This document shows, one piece after another, positions 13,001-24,870 of a stretch of DNA of 64,000 bases. The number at the start of each line of letters is the position of its first letter. The stretch's first letter is position 1. Both the position numbers and the translations under genes were made by a program. The notes beneath the pieces were generated by a model, which ran no database searches, was not told where the DNA came from, and worked only from the letters and a program-made list of their open reading frames with translations. This DNA comes from Psammoneis japonica (taxonomy: Eukaryota): NCBI GenBank assembly GCA_008632985.1, contig QPGO01000060.1, positions 1-64,000 of the forward strand, given 5' to 3'.

Positions 13001-14224
13001 CGCAGCGCAACCCGCTTGTGTCACCATCGGCTTGCAGGTCTTCTTGAATGGCACAAGGTGCGTCAAGTAGTGATACAGATTTGGAAATGGATACGGCTGA
13101 TGTGTTGACACAATCACGTAGTCAATATCTTCAGCCGTCAACGCGGCCTCTTCGAGAGCTTTGGCGATAAGCCCATCGTCACCACACAGCTCACGCTGCG
13201 CAAGCTTGATGAATATATCGCGCTGCAACTGGGGAGTGATCTTCTGCGAAAGCTCTGGGAGGCCGTCAACAATAAGCTGATCACCTACTTTGAAAGGGGG
13301 GTTTTCCAAGGGAACAAGAAGAACGCCACTTTCAACAGAGGCGTGCTCGCCAGGCAGGACAAGCTCTTCGTTGTACTTTCCCGTAACTTTTTTCCAACTT
13401 TCATCGTGCAGAAGCACAGGAGGCTCAACTTTATTGTCGACCGATACGTTACCTGCCGAAGGCTCGTTTTTTTCTGTACGGAACAAAAGTGGGTGCACTT
13501 GCGCATCCATTCCTACCTTGATGGAGTTTTCAACATGCGGTTTGTGCTGGTGTGTCGAAGAACTGCTTGGTGATTCCTTGGATCCTCGTTCTTTGATTTC
13601 CCGCGACGCGTCTAACGCGTCAAAGCTGTTTGATCTCCCCACCGGTTCGACGACTCCTTCATCACGGTCACCAGTTGTTGGTTGAACTACTGTGAATCCA
13701 ACCCGACCAGTCAAGTTGATATCTTTTACGATGGCTTCCAACTTTCCCATCTCCCCCGAGTCTCCCAGCTCAAGTTCGACCAAGCTGATGCCGCCTGGTT
13801 CGCTAGTGAAGATGTTTGAACATTTCATGTAAAGCCCAAAGGCCGGACGCACAATGTGCCGCTTTTCAACTCCCATGGTATTGAAAATGATATGAGACGC
13901 TTGCTTCAGTGCCCCCTCAGGGTCATTTTGATAGTTTCGGAGGATGTGTGGAAGCTTAGTTTGGATTGCCAGTGCAAAATCCTTGTTAGAAACCACATGT
14001 TCCGGGAGCCAGACCGAGGGCTTGAACAAGACCGGGTCTTTCCAACAATCGTGTTCGTCAGACGCCTGCCTTGCGGCACTGTCTCTGTCGAAGTCTTCTG
14101 ATTTAGAGCCGTGGTCGTGAGTCTCAGCCTCGGGTTTGAAGGTTTTTTCCCTGAAGGTGGTTGACCGTCTGTTTTCCACTTGCGCTTCCGCCCCAAGGAC
14201 GTCTTTCCCGAAAAGCTTCTTCAT
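10088..14224 (-). CDS. Type III polyketide synthase (RppA/chalcone synthase-like) fused to a C-terminal ANL adenylation (acyl-CoA ligase-like) domain, ~1378 aa
   Basis: Uninterrupted ORF, probable start MKKLFG at 14224 (ORF open to 14584). PKS triad: AGCAAS (Cys ~13008), IHPGG (His ~12540), GGNLASS (Asn ~12435); also LEFCSL, ALFGDCASA, MGPGF. ANL motifs: FTSGSTGLPK, YETYGSSEA, WYETGDVG, IAGR, FPRVARDKV. Confidence 0.92.
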   Translation of the reverse strand: MKKLFGKDVLGAEAQVENRRSTTFREKTFKPEAETHDHGSKSEDFDRDSAARQASDEHDCWKDPVLFKPSVWLPEHVVSNKDFALAIQTKLPHILRNYQNDPEGALKQASHIIFNTMGVEKRHIVRPAFGLYMKCSNIFTSEPGGISLVELELGDSGEMGKLEAIVKDINLTGRVGFTVVQPTTGDRDEGVVEPVGRSNSFDALDASREIKERGSKESPSSSSTHQHKPHVENSIKVGMDAQVHPLLFRTEKNEPSAGNVSVDNKVEPPVLLHDESWKKVTGKYNEELVLPGEHASVESGVLLVPLENPPFKVGDQLIVDGLPELSQKITPQLQRDIFIKLAQRELCGDDGLIAKALEEAALTAEDIDYVIVSTHQPYPFPNLYHYLTHLVPFKKTCKPMVTQAGCAASAVALDMALTLLLGNPTQNVLILSLEFCSLGFRPHKQGMSVFLNSALFGDCASACVMRGGHSVRDSIHSVHGNEGACGLRVLAGKQECVPHVTHVSYFDYDQMGYHFVTTKELCDVVEKHVPGFAADLTAKTSERSSVSPMGAAPMTTVSHVIHPGGSKMVDAMEKNTAVDISQKSIARMRSSLRDGGNLASSTVLRMASEAWNELTEESRSVIIIAMGPGFHMAGIGAEPVNLKVARTALKDLNGSDCQNKPGIMDVLKSKKIGSERAAISNNTGEFKNFSTRSIMWLPVFLCFLHVLIQPGGVSVSNRVVRFLITKQDVIIGGSVGTPSKVNVTPNQAASASHQALIHAASVILDGPPDKNFAVSPAMVSVGKSSGEYRDTVRTHAQLHADADRAAAIIRHHMPPRSNGRVMIAVTPETTYEYDVYVLMLACFKNAFTYANVARQMWHPRFPEVVEIIDPAVIVLDGLTSESYSSVMNSHNTTRVVLALDFVPGVPNMILVEEDIPWKSYLSALPYTPKTFPLSKEAILTFTSGSTGLPKVVASSYEAVFVTATNSQKLLSHDPSEKIVCPLGMDDSAGLDNVYVPSLIFGACVMPIFDTIFRSSFQEEEDEEEEDDEKEGLLEYLLANDATAAVVSPHQLDKVVDAVSNMDPEDLTLTLQSMRTILTIGSKLLPACIDEAILAFSREDGTHVKIYETYGSSEAHLIGSRDVTEADALTLCDGVEVRVEPLDENPGTNSRKEVNATLGSIILRSSQMMIEYLNSGTDTPLDDEGWYETGDVGFFTENKLTIAGRSRKSINFGGDEYDPSVIESTWREILPQVKELVVVRDLSHTQEGQTAVLFCRGEQHSFDWKDFALTAVHQTNFGIDVTKESHEVALMLTSAICFVDEFPRVARDKVNAPQVERLYGERVKPSLAGFVEDDVEDILFLSLKWNMGERQWDLLEWVQKEIEFVRTSPREEGGLDILR

Positions 14225-15111
14225 GGAAGGCGTGCGAGAGAATGGGAGAGTCCACGAGTTTGTGAAATGAGGTCGCGATAAAAGAAATCTCGATGGAACC
14301 TGCAGGGAGTAAATGGTGGTGCAGTTGCAGACAATGTGTGTGAGTGATCGACGCGCAAGTGGAACAAACCAAGGCTCTCCCTCGAGACACAAGAGAGAAT
14401 ATGTCTGATGTTTGCCTTGTTTGGTGACATACCAGTACTGGTTGCTTTGAGCTGCACTGCTAAAACGAACGAATGAAATTTGGGAGAGGAAATAATTTTC
14501 AACGCGTGAATCTCCGAGTGCTTCCCGCCAAAACGAAAACGCATCCAGCCATGTTGACGAGATGGCACAGCTTTCAGCTTTCATGCCATCCGGCCGTTAT
14601 TAAATAAATAAAAACTGTATCGAGAATAAAGGACCTCTATCTTTTAAGTGGAGAGGGCCCAACTGACTCTATAATACAGCACATACTGCATAAATGTACA
14701 TTAGGTGCTGTGTTACTTACAGTAGGCCGCACTTGGGGAAACTTTCACACATACACTTCTCTATGCAATTATATGTATTCGTGTTCGAATAAAATAAAAA
14801 TTGGTGCGAAAATTTCACACATTTTTCGGCACGTGGCCTGATGATGCGTCAAAATTGGCTTTTGCTGACTCATAATAGAGTTGAAACACAATTTGATTGG
14901 CTGAAAATACAGCGCATGGGAACTGAACAACGGTCCACACAGCTTTTTCACTTCCTTGTTTTGCAAACTGTTTGTTGCGCAGAATTTCGCAATTAGAAAA
15001 ACCTGGACAACAGTGCAGCATTGCAAAAACCAGTGATGCACAGCAAGTGGACAGACTCCCAGCAACACTGAATTCACGTTCCCCATGATGACAACACTGT
15101 GCTGCCATCCA

Positions 15112-16340
15112 ATGAAATGGATGAGAAAGAAAGAGCCAACTGTTCCTTGCAGTTGTTCCACAAACTGAGACTCCTCCTGTTGCTGTTTGCGTTCTTTCTG
15201 GGTTGTCAAGGCATGATGACATCCTCACCTGCCATCTTTCCCCAGTCTCCGTCGGTCCAGGCAAAGAAAGAAAACAGCACTTCCACTCCCACTCGACTCT
15301 TGGTGGCCACCATTGTGGGAACCTCCAAGTTAGAAATGGCCCTGCACATTGAAGAATCCTGGCGGCAGTTCTTGGGTCCAAATGATGCACTTTGGACCGT
15401 TTGCGATGTTGGTTGTTCCAACATCGCAGGCAGCTCCGTGGTCGAAATGGATCCGGAATTAATCCATTCCGTTCGTCCAAACTTTGAAGAAAAAAACTGG
15501 GGATGCCAATTGGCACAACTCAAGTTTTGTCATGCCTTGATTTTGCAAGTGCAAGAATTTGCAAAAGACAGCAAACTGTCTCAGTGGACATTTGTCAAAG
15601 ATGACGACAACCATTTCCGTGCCGATCGATTGATGCAATTGGCGCAGAGGGAGTGGACTTTGCCAAGGAAAAAGCAAGTCTGGCAGGAGGGTGGCTTGGA
15701 CAAAGCACAGAAAGACAACATCCACCGGGGGATCATCTCTGTGGCCCTCCCAAAGGCTGTGGTTGGCCCTCGGGAGGTGCCGGATGGTTGGTCAGTCAAG
15801 CCATGGCACTGGAGTTGGCCACCCACCTGCAAGACCAAGTTTTTGATTTTATGTGACACAAACTGGAACAGTCCAAATGGGCCTTTCACTTTGACATGTG
15901 GCTTCCGGTTGTTGCCAATTGGGGTGGTGGGAAACTTCGCCATTCTCCTGCTTTGGTGCACTTGCAGCCGGGACAAACAACCTGTTTTGACCCGGGTGCG
16001 AATGCCACCTCCTTTGTTGCCCTGCACATCATGAAAGACTTTGTCAATGCACATGGTGGCACAGAAGAGGCTTTGAGGAGGATTGAAGACTGCATGTGGC
16101 TGCCCTTTGTGCCACCCATGGAATCACTGTGGGATTGGATGGCACAAACCAAAGGGCAAAATGCATCCATCGAGCATTGTGGGACTTCTTAACAAAAAAG
16201 AAAAACAAACCTCCATTCAACATTTCTCCCCTGACTTTTTTCATTGGTTGGCAAAAAAATTAGATGCTCATTCTTTGTCCCAAATGTTGCATCATGACAA
16301 AGTGGTTGCTCTAAGAGCTGCATCCAGGAAAGAGTTTTGA
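15112..16340 (+). pseudogene. Decayed Fringe/GT31-like glycosyltransferase gene
   Basis: N-terminal hydrophobic anchor (LRLLLLLFAFFLG) and WTFVKDDDNHF, resembling the WxxxxDDDxY motif of GT31/Fringe enzymes. The frame breaks after ~15650. The sequence is TA-depleted and the long ORF contains no Tyr. Confidence 0.5.
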
Positions 16341-17131
16341 GGGAGGTGCAGACAATGTGATCAGCCAAACAACACGTGCAAAAGCTGCCTGTGGCTCAGA
16401 ATTGCCACAAGGAGTCTAGCCAGCTAGTTGGCAAAGGGATGCAGTGCACATGAAAGCCAAGTCAAAGGCAAGAACATTGGAAGATGATGTTGGCAGCTCT
16501 CAGTTCTCAATCTCTGTTGCTTGCAAAGTGAGAGCCCTGGCAGCCCAGCTGGATTGAAATTTGAAACTGACGTCATTGGTGTCAAAAATCCAGTGCTTCA
16601 TGACATTTGCTCGGTTGCCACAACAAGAGCACAAGAAAACCAACAAGACTGAGTGAGTTGCTGTCTGTCTTGCATGACCCTTTGTAAAGTGAAGCTGATG
16701 ATTCTGATGACTCCCAGTGGCTTGTCAACCTTGTCACTTTGCCGTCATCAACTCTGGATGTGCAGCAATTGTTGTTTCTCAGTCAAGAACAAAAAATGTT
16801 CAAACCTTGTGATGACCAGATGGACCCTGCAGACCAGCAGCGCTGTGCAGCTGAGGCTGAAAGTGTCATGATTCTCATGGTGACTATGCTGCTGATGCCA
16901 AGGCCCTGGAAAATTCCAGCCAAACCCTTGTGTGCAGCTTAGAATTCCTTGCCGAGGCTGCCAATTCCCACTTTGGAAGACACGTGTTGCCACTTCCTTC
17001 CCACCACACTTGCCATGGCCGAAAATGATCCACAAGCAAAAAGGAGTCTCAAGGAGGCCAAATTTCCAGTTTTGCCTGAGGAAAAAAACCGGCAGACTGG
17101 CCAGCCAGCAGACACTCTGCTGGAGTGCTCA

Positions 17132-17351
17132 GAGCCAAGAGGGCAGGCCCAGCACAAGGAGAGGATGCCTTGTGGGTGGCTGAGCTCTTGGAGGAGTCAC
17201 CGTGCGACAGTGGCACGCAGCAGAAGGCAGGCAGACAGATGTGCGGACAACAACGAGAGGCCACCCCAGTTTCCCTCATTGTGTTTGGTGGACTGCCAGT
17301 GATGATGGGATCAGTTGCGTCAACCCAATGTGGGCCGACAATGCTGAAAAT
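17132..17351 (+). repeat. Split direct repeat A1
   Basis: gagccaag...cccagcacaaggagagga...gctgagctcttggaggagtcac...cccagtttccctcattg...gggccgacaa...ctgaaaat recurs at 25473-25708. Confidence 0.88.
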
Positions 17352-18620
17352 GTTGCTTCTGCCAAGTGGCATGCCTTGCACAATTGCCCACAAGCTGCAC
17401 ATGGTGCCAGTTGATCCATGGATTGGCTTGACCATCTTCAGAGCCTGCAAAACCATGATGAATCAGCCATCAACTTGAATCCGGTAATGTCCTGCAAGCC
17501 AAGTTGATTGTGCATGATGCCTGCATTGCTCTTGTTGCTTCTGAGTTGTTCTGTCAGAGTGCGAACAATGCAGTTTGGTGTTTTGTGTTGGCAGGTTGGG
17601 ATTGCTCCCATTGCCACAAATGCCCCTTTGATCATGTTGGATCCAGATGGTTTTCTGCAAGCCAACTGATCAGGATTGAATTGTGATCCACCTCGTTTTG
17701 TCTGATCTCACATCAGAATGTGAGTGCATTGTCCATGCATCCCATTGCTTTCCAAGCATGTCAACCTTCCGTTGATTGGCTGCTCTGCATCTGCCTTCTT
17801 TTCTCTCAATTGTGCTGAATCCGGACAACATCTACAAGCCGGTTAATCTGGATCACTGCCCTGATCCACCTCGTTTCATCTGATTTCAACCTCAGAACAT
17901 GAGCACATTGTCAATGCAGCCCAACATTGTTCAGGTCCACTGCCCTGCAATTGTCAGGTTGCTCTAAAAATTGGCCTCTGTGCCATGATTCTCTCTCCTT
18001 CCTTCACCCGCCATTGCAGTCACCAGATCTCACATCCATCTCATGTGTGTTCATGAACAGACTACATTCTGACCATTGCAATGGTTCCACATGAATCACT
18101 TTTGTGCTGTGACATGTTCTGAACACATTCTGTGTCAGAGTGTTCAAGCAAGGATGCTCCCCCACAAACATCTCAACAAAACCACTGATGCACAAAATCT
18201 GACACAAATTTGTGCACATTTTCAAACATGCCCCTCTGATCCAGGAATTTCTGCAAATGTTTGATTCCTGATGCACCTGGCAGATCATCTGTGCATTCTA
18301 TGGTGTTTGCATGAAAAATCGTGACCACAACTTTTGGAGATTTCAAATCTCTTGGGACAGACCTTTGGCTTCCCTCCATTTTCTTTCTGTTGGTCAAAAT
18401 TTCGACCTGCTCCACGTTGCTCTTGGTCTTGCAGTGCCTTGCAATTCTGATTCTGATTGTGTGAAGCAACTCCCTCTGAATTGCTCCGGTTTTCTGGTGC
18501 AATTTGTGCAGCATTCTACACCAAACTTTCCATCCAAAAACTTCATTTCTCTCCCACAAAACTTTGGTTTTGCCTTTTTGCACTTACCTTTCAAGCCTTC
18601 TCTTTGTCTCCCATCTTGCC

Positions 18621-20880
18621 ATGGCTGCCAACATTCTTGCTGCTGTTGAGCATGGCAAGAAAGCTTCTCCCATCAAGCGCTGTTCCCAGTCGGGAACACA
18701 GACCGAGTTTGCTCCTAAGCAGTCCAAGCTGGTCCTTCACTGTGACATCAACGGTGCTCTTGCCAACCATGTCTGCGGTCAATTTGATCAATTCTTGATG
18801 TTCTGCAAAGGCTGCATCATCCCTGTTCCTTTCATCAACAGTGGGAACCAAGTCAAGTTCTTGTCAAACTCTTCCGATGATGTCAGAGAAGTTGTCCCCA
18901 TGTTGGGCACTCACCAATGTTTCCAAGGACACTTTGTGACTCCAACCCCAATCCCAACCCTTGTGCATTGTGCTGACATTGTTGTGTTCAACCTGCCTTG
19001 AGCTGAGACTCCTCCAGATGATGTTGAAGGTCCACTTCTAACGGACGGCAATCAAGATGCGGCACCTTTCAAATGTCTCCATTTCAGTGACCCCACTGCT
19101 CAGGATGATCAACCTGTCATTGCTGCTCCTCCGATGGCATTCCCTGCACCTCCAGGCTGTTCCCACCCATTGGATTTTATTCCTGGAGGAAACTGCCCTA
19201 CAATGGCGGCCAATTTTCCTGCACTTGACATGTGGCAGAAAGGCATCACTCACATCCAGCAGCATGATGCCAGCTGCTCTCTCAAGGAAGGCAGACCTCT
19301 TTTTGACCAAGCTGTGGATGGTCTCCAAGTTGTTGATGACTATGTTGGTTTTAACATCTGCAACTTCTGCAACAATGATTTTCAGGCAGTTGCACCTTTC
19401 TCGGACAACTGCCGTCATGTCCAAACTGCCATCAAGACATTTTTGGATGCAACCTGGCAGGTGCCAGGTGCCACAATTCCAGTGGGCCAATGGGCCAATC
19501 CCGGAAATGGTGCCCAAGCTCACGGAGCCACCACTCACACTCCCCTTGCTGTCCAAGTCAAGGCCCCTGAATCCAAGAAGAACAAGGACCTCAAGAAGAG
19601 GGCTGGTGACATTCATGCCCATTTTTTGCTCATGTTCAGTCACAAGGTGGTTGAATCTGACACTGTTGCACTTCGAGAGCTCCAACAAGTTTTTGTTGAA
19701 GCCCTCCAAGAGTCTGGTGACACTGAATGGGCTCGCCTTGTCAACAAGATTGTTGCTGCGGCCATTGATGGTGTCAAGTCTGTGGACATCTTTGACCAAG
19801 CAGTGGCTCTTTGTCCTGCTTGCATCAACAAGGCTTTCACAGACGGAATCCATTGTTTCAAGTTTGTGGGTCAACCACTGAACACATCTGTCACTGCCTT
19901 TTTATCAAAGATCAACCTTCTGAACTTCCTCACCCCCCATGTGGACACCTCAGAATGCATCAAGATTGCCAAGGAAGGTCAGGAGCACAGCAGCCATTCT
20001 GTGAATGCTGACTCTAAGACCACAACTGCTGAGTCAATCAAGAAGTCAACCCCACACACTCATGGCCATGCTCAAGATTCCTTGGATGTTGTTGCAGCCT
20101 TGAGCAACTTCAGGCTTGCGTTCAGTGCTCTCATTGAGAATTTCGATGATGATTTTGTCTGGCAACAGCCAAATTGTTGCTGTGCGGTTGCTTTTGGTGA
20201 GATTGGAAAGCAATGGATCACGAGTGATTGAAATTCTCACAAGATTGCCGCCAATGTGCTCAATGACATTCAAACCATCATTTGCACCTTTGCTCAGCTT
20301 GGAAGCATCCCTCAGTGCCGCGAGGTGATTTGCACATCCCAAGATGTCAGTGTCAGGGCTCTGGATGTCTCTGAGCATCTCACAAACCAATCCATTCAGG
20401 ATTTGGAGGCCAACATTGGTCATGGTCCTCCCAGAACCTTTGGGAGCAAGTGTGCACTCTGCCAGCTTGCCAAGAAATCCAACACTGCTCCTGCGACTGC
20501 CAAACGTGCACTGGACTCTCCTGCTTCAATCACGTCTCTGGCCAAGAAGCCAAAGTTGCCTCCAACTTTGACGGCAGACGAAATTGAAGTCTGCAAGAAG
20601 CTGGGAATGCTTGTTGTCTCTGGCAACCCTCGTCAGCCCCCTGTTGTCCCTGTTTTGGCAAAGAAGGGACCCGACTCCAACACCAAGGAATGTTTGTTTT
20701 CCTTCTTCTTGATTCGTGGGTTTGGCTGCAACCATTCCAAGTGCAAGAAGCCTCATGTGGCAAACTTGCGCAGCCTTCCGGAGTCAAAGCACAAGGAGTT
20801 GATTGACTTTGTTGAGAAGTCCAATGCTCTTTCCTTTGCTGAAGGAAAGGGCCCCAGTGGTGCATCTTCTTTGTTTTGTC
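18621..20880 (+). pseudogene. ORF1 (gag-like) of the YR retrotransposon, fragmented
   Basis: Consecutive long + ORF pieces (18504..19001, 19134..20231, 20256..) upstream of RT, ending in a Cys/His cluster (C...CNHSKCKKPH). Assignment is mainly positional. Confidence 0.5.
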
Positions 20881-21423
20881 ATCTGATGAACTGGGGCACT
20901 TGGTTTTTGATGTGCATCAGTGACTTGCATGTTTTCTTTGACCTTGCACCACCAGCAAAGATCATGGACTCCAGAGCTGCACACACAGGTGGCACACCCA
21001 ATGCCTTTTCTTCTGCCAGTGCTGATGCATTCATGGAGGATGACATCATCCTTCCTCTTGCGGTTGGCAATCTCAAAAATGCTTCTGCATCCCTGGGGCT
21101 GGCAGCTCAGGATGTCACTGATGCAGCTCCAGTTTTTGTCTGACAACGTTGAGGAGTTTTGCCCTGTTTTACCCCCAATGACAACATCAGGGCATTGTCC
21201 CGCCCCTGTTCCAACCATCAATGACTCTGTGAAAAAGGCTGAACGAAAAGCATTTGTTTGCAGCCATCTCTCTGACCATGTTCGGTCTCAGCTGGAAAAT
21301 CCATTTGGCAAGGATTGCATTCATCAACTGTTTGCTTCAGAGGCCACTTGTGTTGCTGCCAATTTGGAAGTCTGGTTTCTTGTCTTCTAGTGCCACTGGA
21401 GAGAGCTTGTCTGCATCCAAGGG

Positions 21424-23700
21424 ATGTGTTGTGAACTTGGACAACCTGTGTTGCATGGCCCCAGATGTTTGGGTGTCTTTGTTGTCTCCTTCGGGATTGT
21501 CAATTTTAATTCCTTGAAGGGATGTCCTCAAGGCTGGGAAGAAGAAACGGAACCAAACAAAGACCATGTCAACCAGACTGCAGCAGGGACATTGCACTTT
21601 GATGGCAACCTGGCATCATTGGTCAGATGGGTTGGCAGCCCGCAAGCCGGAGCACATCAGCATGTTTGTTGGATCATTTCCTTTTTGGAGGAGAAGGTGG
21701 ACCCGCAGGTCATGCAAACTCTACAGTGCATGTGTCTGGACAGGGTTCTGGCCCATTGCAATGGCCACAATGCTGAAGAGAACTTCCAGGCCCATTTTAA
21801 TTGTGGGAATCATCCATCAGTTGATCTTGACCTGGAGAAAATGTGCAAGACACTGGTCGAGGACTCCAAGAGAGGCTTTGTCCTTGTTTTCGACAAGCAA
21901 ATCATCCCCCACATCTTAAACTGCCACTTGTCTCCCCAGAGCCTGGTTGGCATCAACAAGTCATTCAAGAGCCCGCAAGCAGTGTCCGACAGTGCGTTCC
22001 AGCCCACTCCATCTTCCATGGCTGTCAACGATTTTTTGTTGCTTGAATTCAAACCTTCCCATGGCAGTGCTGCCGTCAAGATGGACATTGTGTGCAGGAT
22101 GCATGACACATGGATGATCTTTCATCCAACAGAAGACATCCACCCAGTGGATGATGATGCCATGGGGGTGCACAGGACAATGAAGCATCACCCGAACCTT
22201 GTGGCGATGCACACTTCTGTCCAGTGTGGGTGTGGTGTTGCTCAGACTGGCTGCAACTTTGGAGACACCCCCAACCCTCCCGACTGGGATGGGGGTTGGT
22301 CCCAGAGCCACCAGCAATTGGCCCAACATGCTTTCCACATTCTGAATGTCATCAAGATCATGCAGCCTTTTTGCCAGAATTTGAGTTCCCAGCTCCTCCT
22401 GTGGAGGATGACATCTCTTCATTTGCCCAAGCTCTGCCAGACACATTAAACCCTGGGGGTTTCCAGGGTGGCCTTTGCATCTCACCGACCTTCAAACACC
22501 ATGTCATTGATGATTTGCATGTGGACGTCCATGACATCCTGCTCTGGACAGTCTCTGCAAGTGTGCTTGCAATCCATGTTCTCCAAGGTTTTCCTTGCAC
22601 AGAAGTGCCAAATGCTTTGAGCTTGGAGAAGCTCAACCTCCTCCTTTGCTGGATTTGCAAGCCACTTGGGAGGCTGCATGACACCAGGAGTTTGACTGTC
22701 GGCATGCCTGACTGCAAACATGACAAGCTTCTGGCTGTCCTTCAAGATTGGATGGGCAAGGTCAATTGCATTCTTGGGGAGGTGGCCTCTTTGTTGGGAA
22801 CACTGGAGAACCACACCCAACACTTCCCTTGGGCTTGTTGCTGGTTTTTTCAACTTCAGAACAATCTTTGGGCAGATGTGATTGCCAGGCACCATGTTGC
22901 CCAGTGCGTGTTCGACAACTCTGGTCATCATAACCAAATTTTGTTCCAACTTTCCCCAAAGCTCCTCTGCCGTCTGGAACCTCTTCTTGCTGAAGAAAAA
23001 GCCCAGCTTGTGTGCCATCTCCACATCAAAATCACAGTTTCCATGTCACTTTGTTGGTCCTTGCAGTTTGTTTGACGATGTGTCGAGTCAACTCCCAACC
23101 CTTGGGAGGCCGAGATTGGAGCTGTCATCCTGCGTGATCCCCACTGTCAGGGGATTGGTGATGCCATCAGTCTTGGTGGTGGCGGATGCTGCCAAGAATT
23201 TCAATTTTGGTTTCTTGTGCTTTGGGGTCCTGAAATTCAAAGAGGGCTCCACCTGCGGTCAGACTCTCCGGGCTGTGTCTTGATGAACTCTCTGGAGTTC
23301 ATCATTTCCATTTTGGTCCTGGCCAACATTGTTGCTTTTGTGGAGTCTGTTGATGAACCACCAGACCCTGAATTGGTCTCAGCTCTCTTCTCTTCCATGC
23401 CATCCTGGAGAACTTGGTGGTCAAGATGCGGACCGACAATGTTGTCGACAATGGGTGGCAAAATGGACATGTGATGAGCTCTCTCCAAGGCCAGCAACTG
23501 CTGCCAATTTGGTGTGCACTTTGCATTCGTGCTCACCTTGGCCTCAACTCTGGAGGCGTCCACTGGTCAGGCAACCAAATGCAACTGGCAGATGACATGT
23601 CTCAACTGTCTGACCCTCACTTGCCTCATTCTGTTCATGTTGCCCAGCTGTGTCAGAAATGTCCTTTTCTGAGGACTTGGACCTTTTTTTCTCCCCAGTT
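21424..23700 (+). pseudogene. Reverse transcriptase/RNase H of the YR retrotransposon, fragmented
   Basis: CGNHPSV, HLSPQSLV, DDDAMGVHRTMKHHP, NFGDTPNPPDWD and HHVIDDL (decayed YVDD); RNase H-like GDAISLGGGG, NSLEFI, TDNVV, HWSGNQMQLADDMSQL. Confidence 0.75.
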
Positions 23701-23789
23701 GAGAGCTGCTGCAACTGCTCTTCTCTCATCTGTTCTCCGAACTGCTGCCAGCCCCTGTGGAGACCCTGCAGTGCTCAGGACAGCTTGCA

Positions 23790-24870
23790 CAAGATGCACC
23801 CACCATTTCAAATTCACCAAGGATGTGAAGTGGGATGTGGGTGACCCGGAAATGCTCGTGGAGAAGCTCTTGGAGCATCATTGCCAACTGCAACTCACCA
23901 TGCATGCCATGCATGTTGCAGAAGGGACTTCCATTTTTTGTGAGAAACTAAAAGCCAACACCACATTTACTTGTGCAAAGGATGTCATGTCATTCATCAA
24001 GTTGTTTGGACGCTGCCGCGACTGTTGGCATGACCACTCTGTTGACACTGAGTTGAGAAAGTTGTTCCAAGACACAAAGAAGGAACTCCAGTGATGCAAC
24101 GAAGCTCCTGAGTGTTGCAAAGGTTTTGGCTCCAAGATGCTCCAAGAATCTAAGGAGCAGGCTAACACTGTCTGTGCTTCCAACCCGGATGGGCTGCTCT
24201 GCTCCATTTCTGATTGGCGCCAAGTGCGCCCATTCTGTGGTGCCTGTCTCCAAGAGTGGGCACAGACAAAGAGCAGATCTGACCCAGCTCGTCCGGCAAT
24301 TGATTCCCAAGGTGGCACCCAAACTTGGCATCTCAATGACATTGAGGTCAAAACTGACAACTGCCAATGCACCTGAGGGGCACCGACATCTTGTCAGTGC
24401 CCATCTCTTTGATCTCCAAGATGTGGGTCATGTGGCTCACCCAAAAAAATGAGGACAACGGTGAGGAGAAACTTTTTACTCTGAACCTCCAGCAAGACAG
24501 GCTTGACTTGGTCAAACCAACACACCATGTCATTGAGTGGTTTGTCTGCATCCATGGCACAAAGATGATGCCACTGCCCCTCTGTCCATTTACAAAAAAG
24601 CAGGTGACAAGGCAAAGCTGATCACCTCTGTGGAAATTGAGGATGACGTGCATGAAGTTGCCTCAAAAATCTGTCGCCTGGACCCTGTTGAGGATGCAGA
24701 AGCACTTTTGCACTGGTCAGCCCACTCTCTCCATGTTGGAGATTGTGTGTTGCTCCACCAAATGAACCTTGGTGCACAGTCTGTCCAATGGCTGTTGCGA
24801 TGGAGGATTTGTGGTTTGCCTCAGGAACTCTGCTCTCTTGGCAGACCACCAGTGCAGAGCTCTTGACTGC
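23790..24870 (+). pseudogene. Tyrosine recombinase of the YR retrotransposon, fragmented
   Basis: GACLQEWAQ (box I R-x-x-E remnant), WLTQKNEDNGE (TQKNG-type motif), SAHSLHVGDCVLL (HSLRVGA) and WLLRWR (box II). Confidence 0.75.

Noticed and set aside
14225..14584. 120-aa N-terminal extension of the PKS ORF
   Set aside because: Looks like 5' UTR/promoter sequence with no domain similarity; MKKLFG at 14224 is the more plausible start. Not proven.
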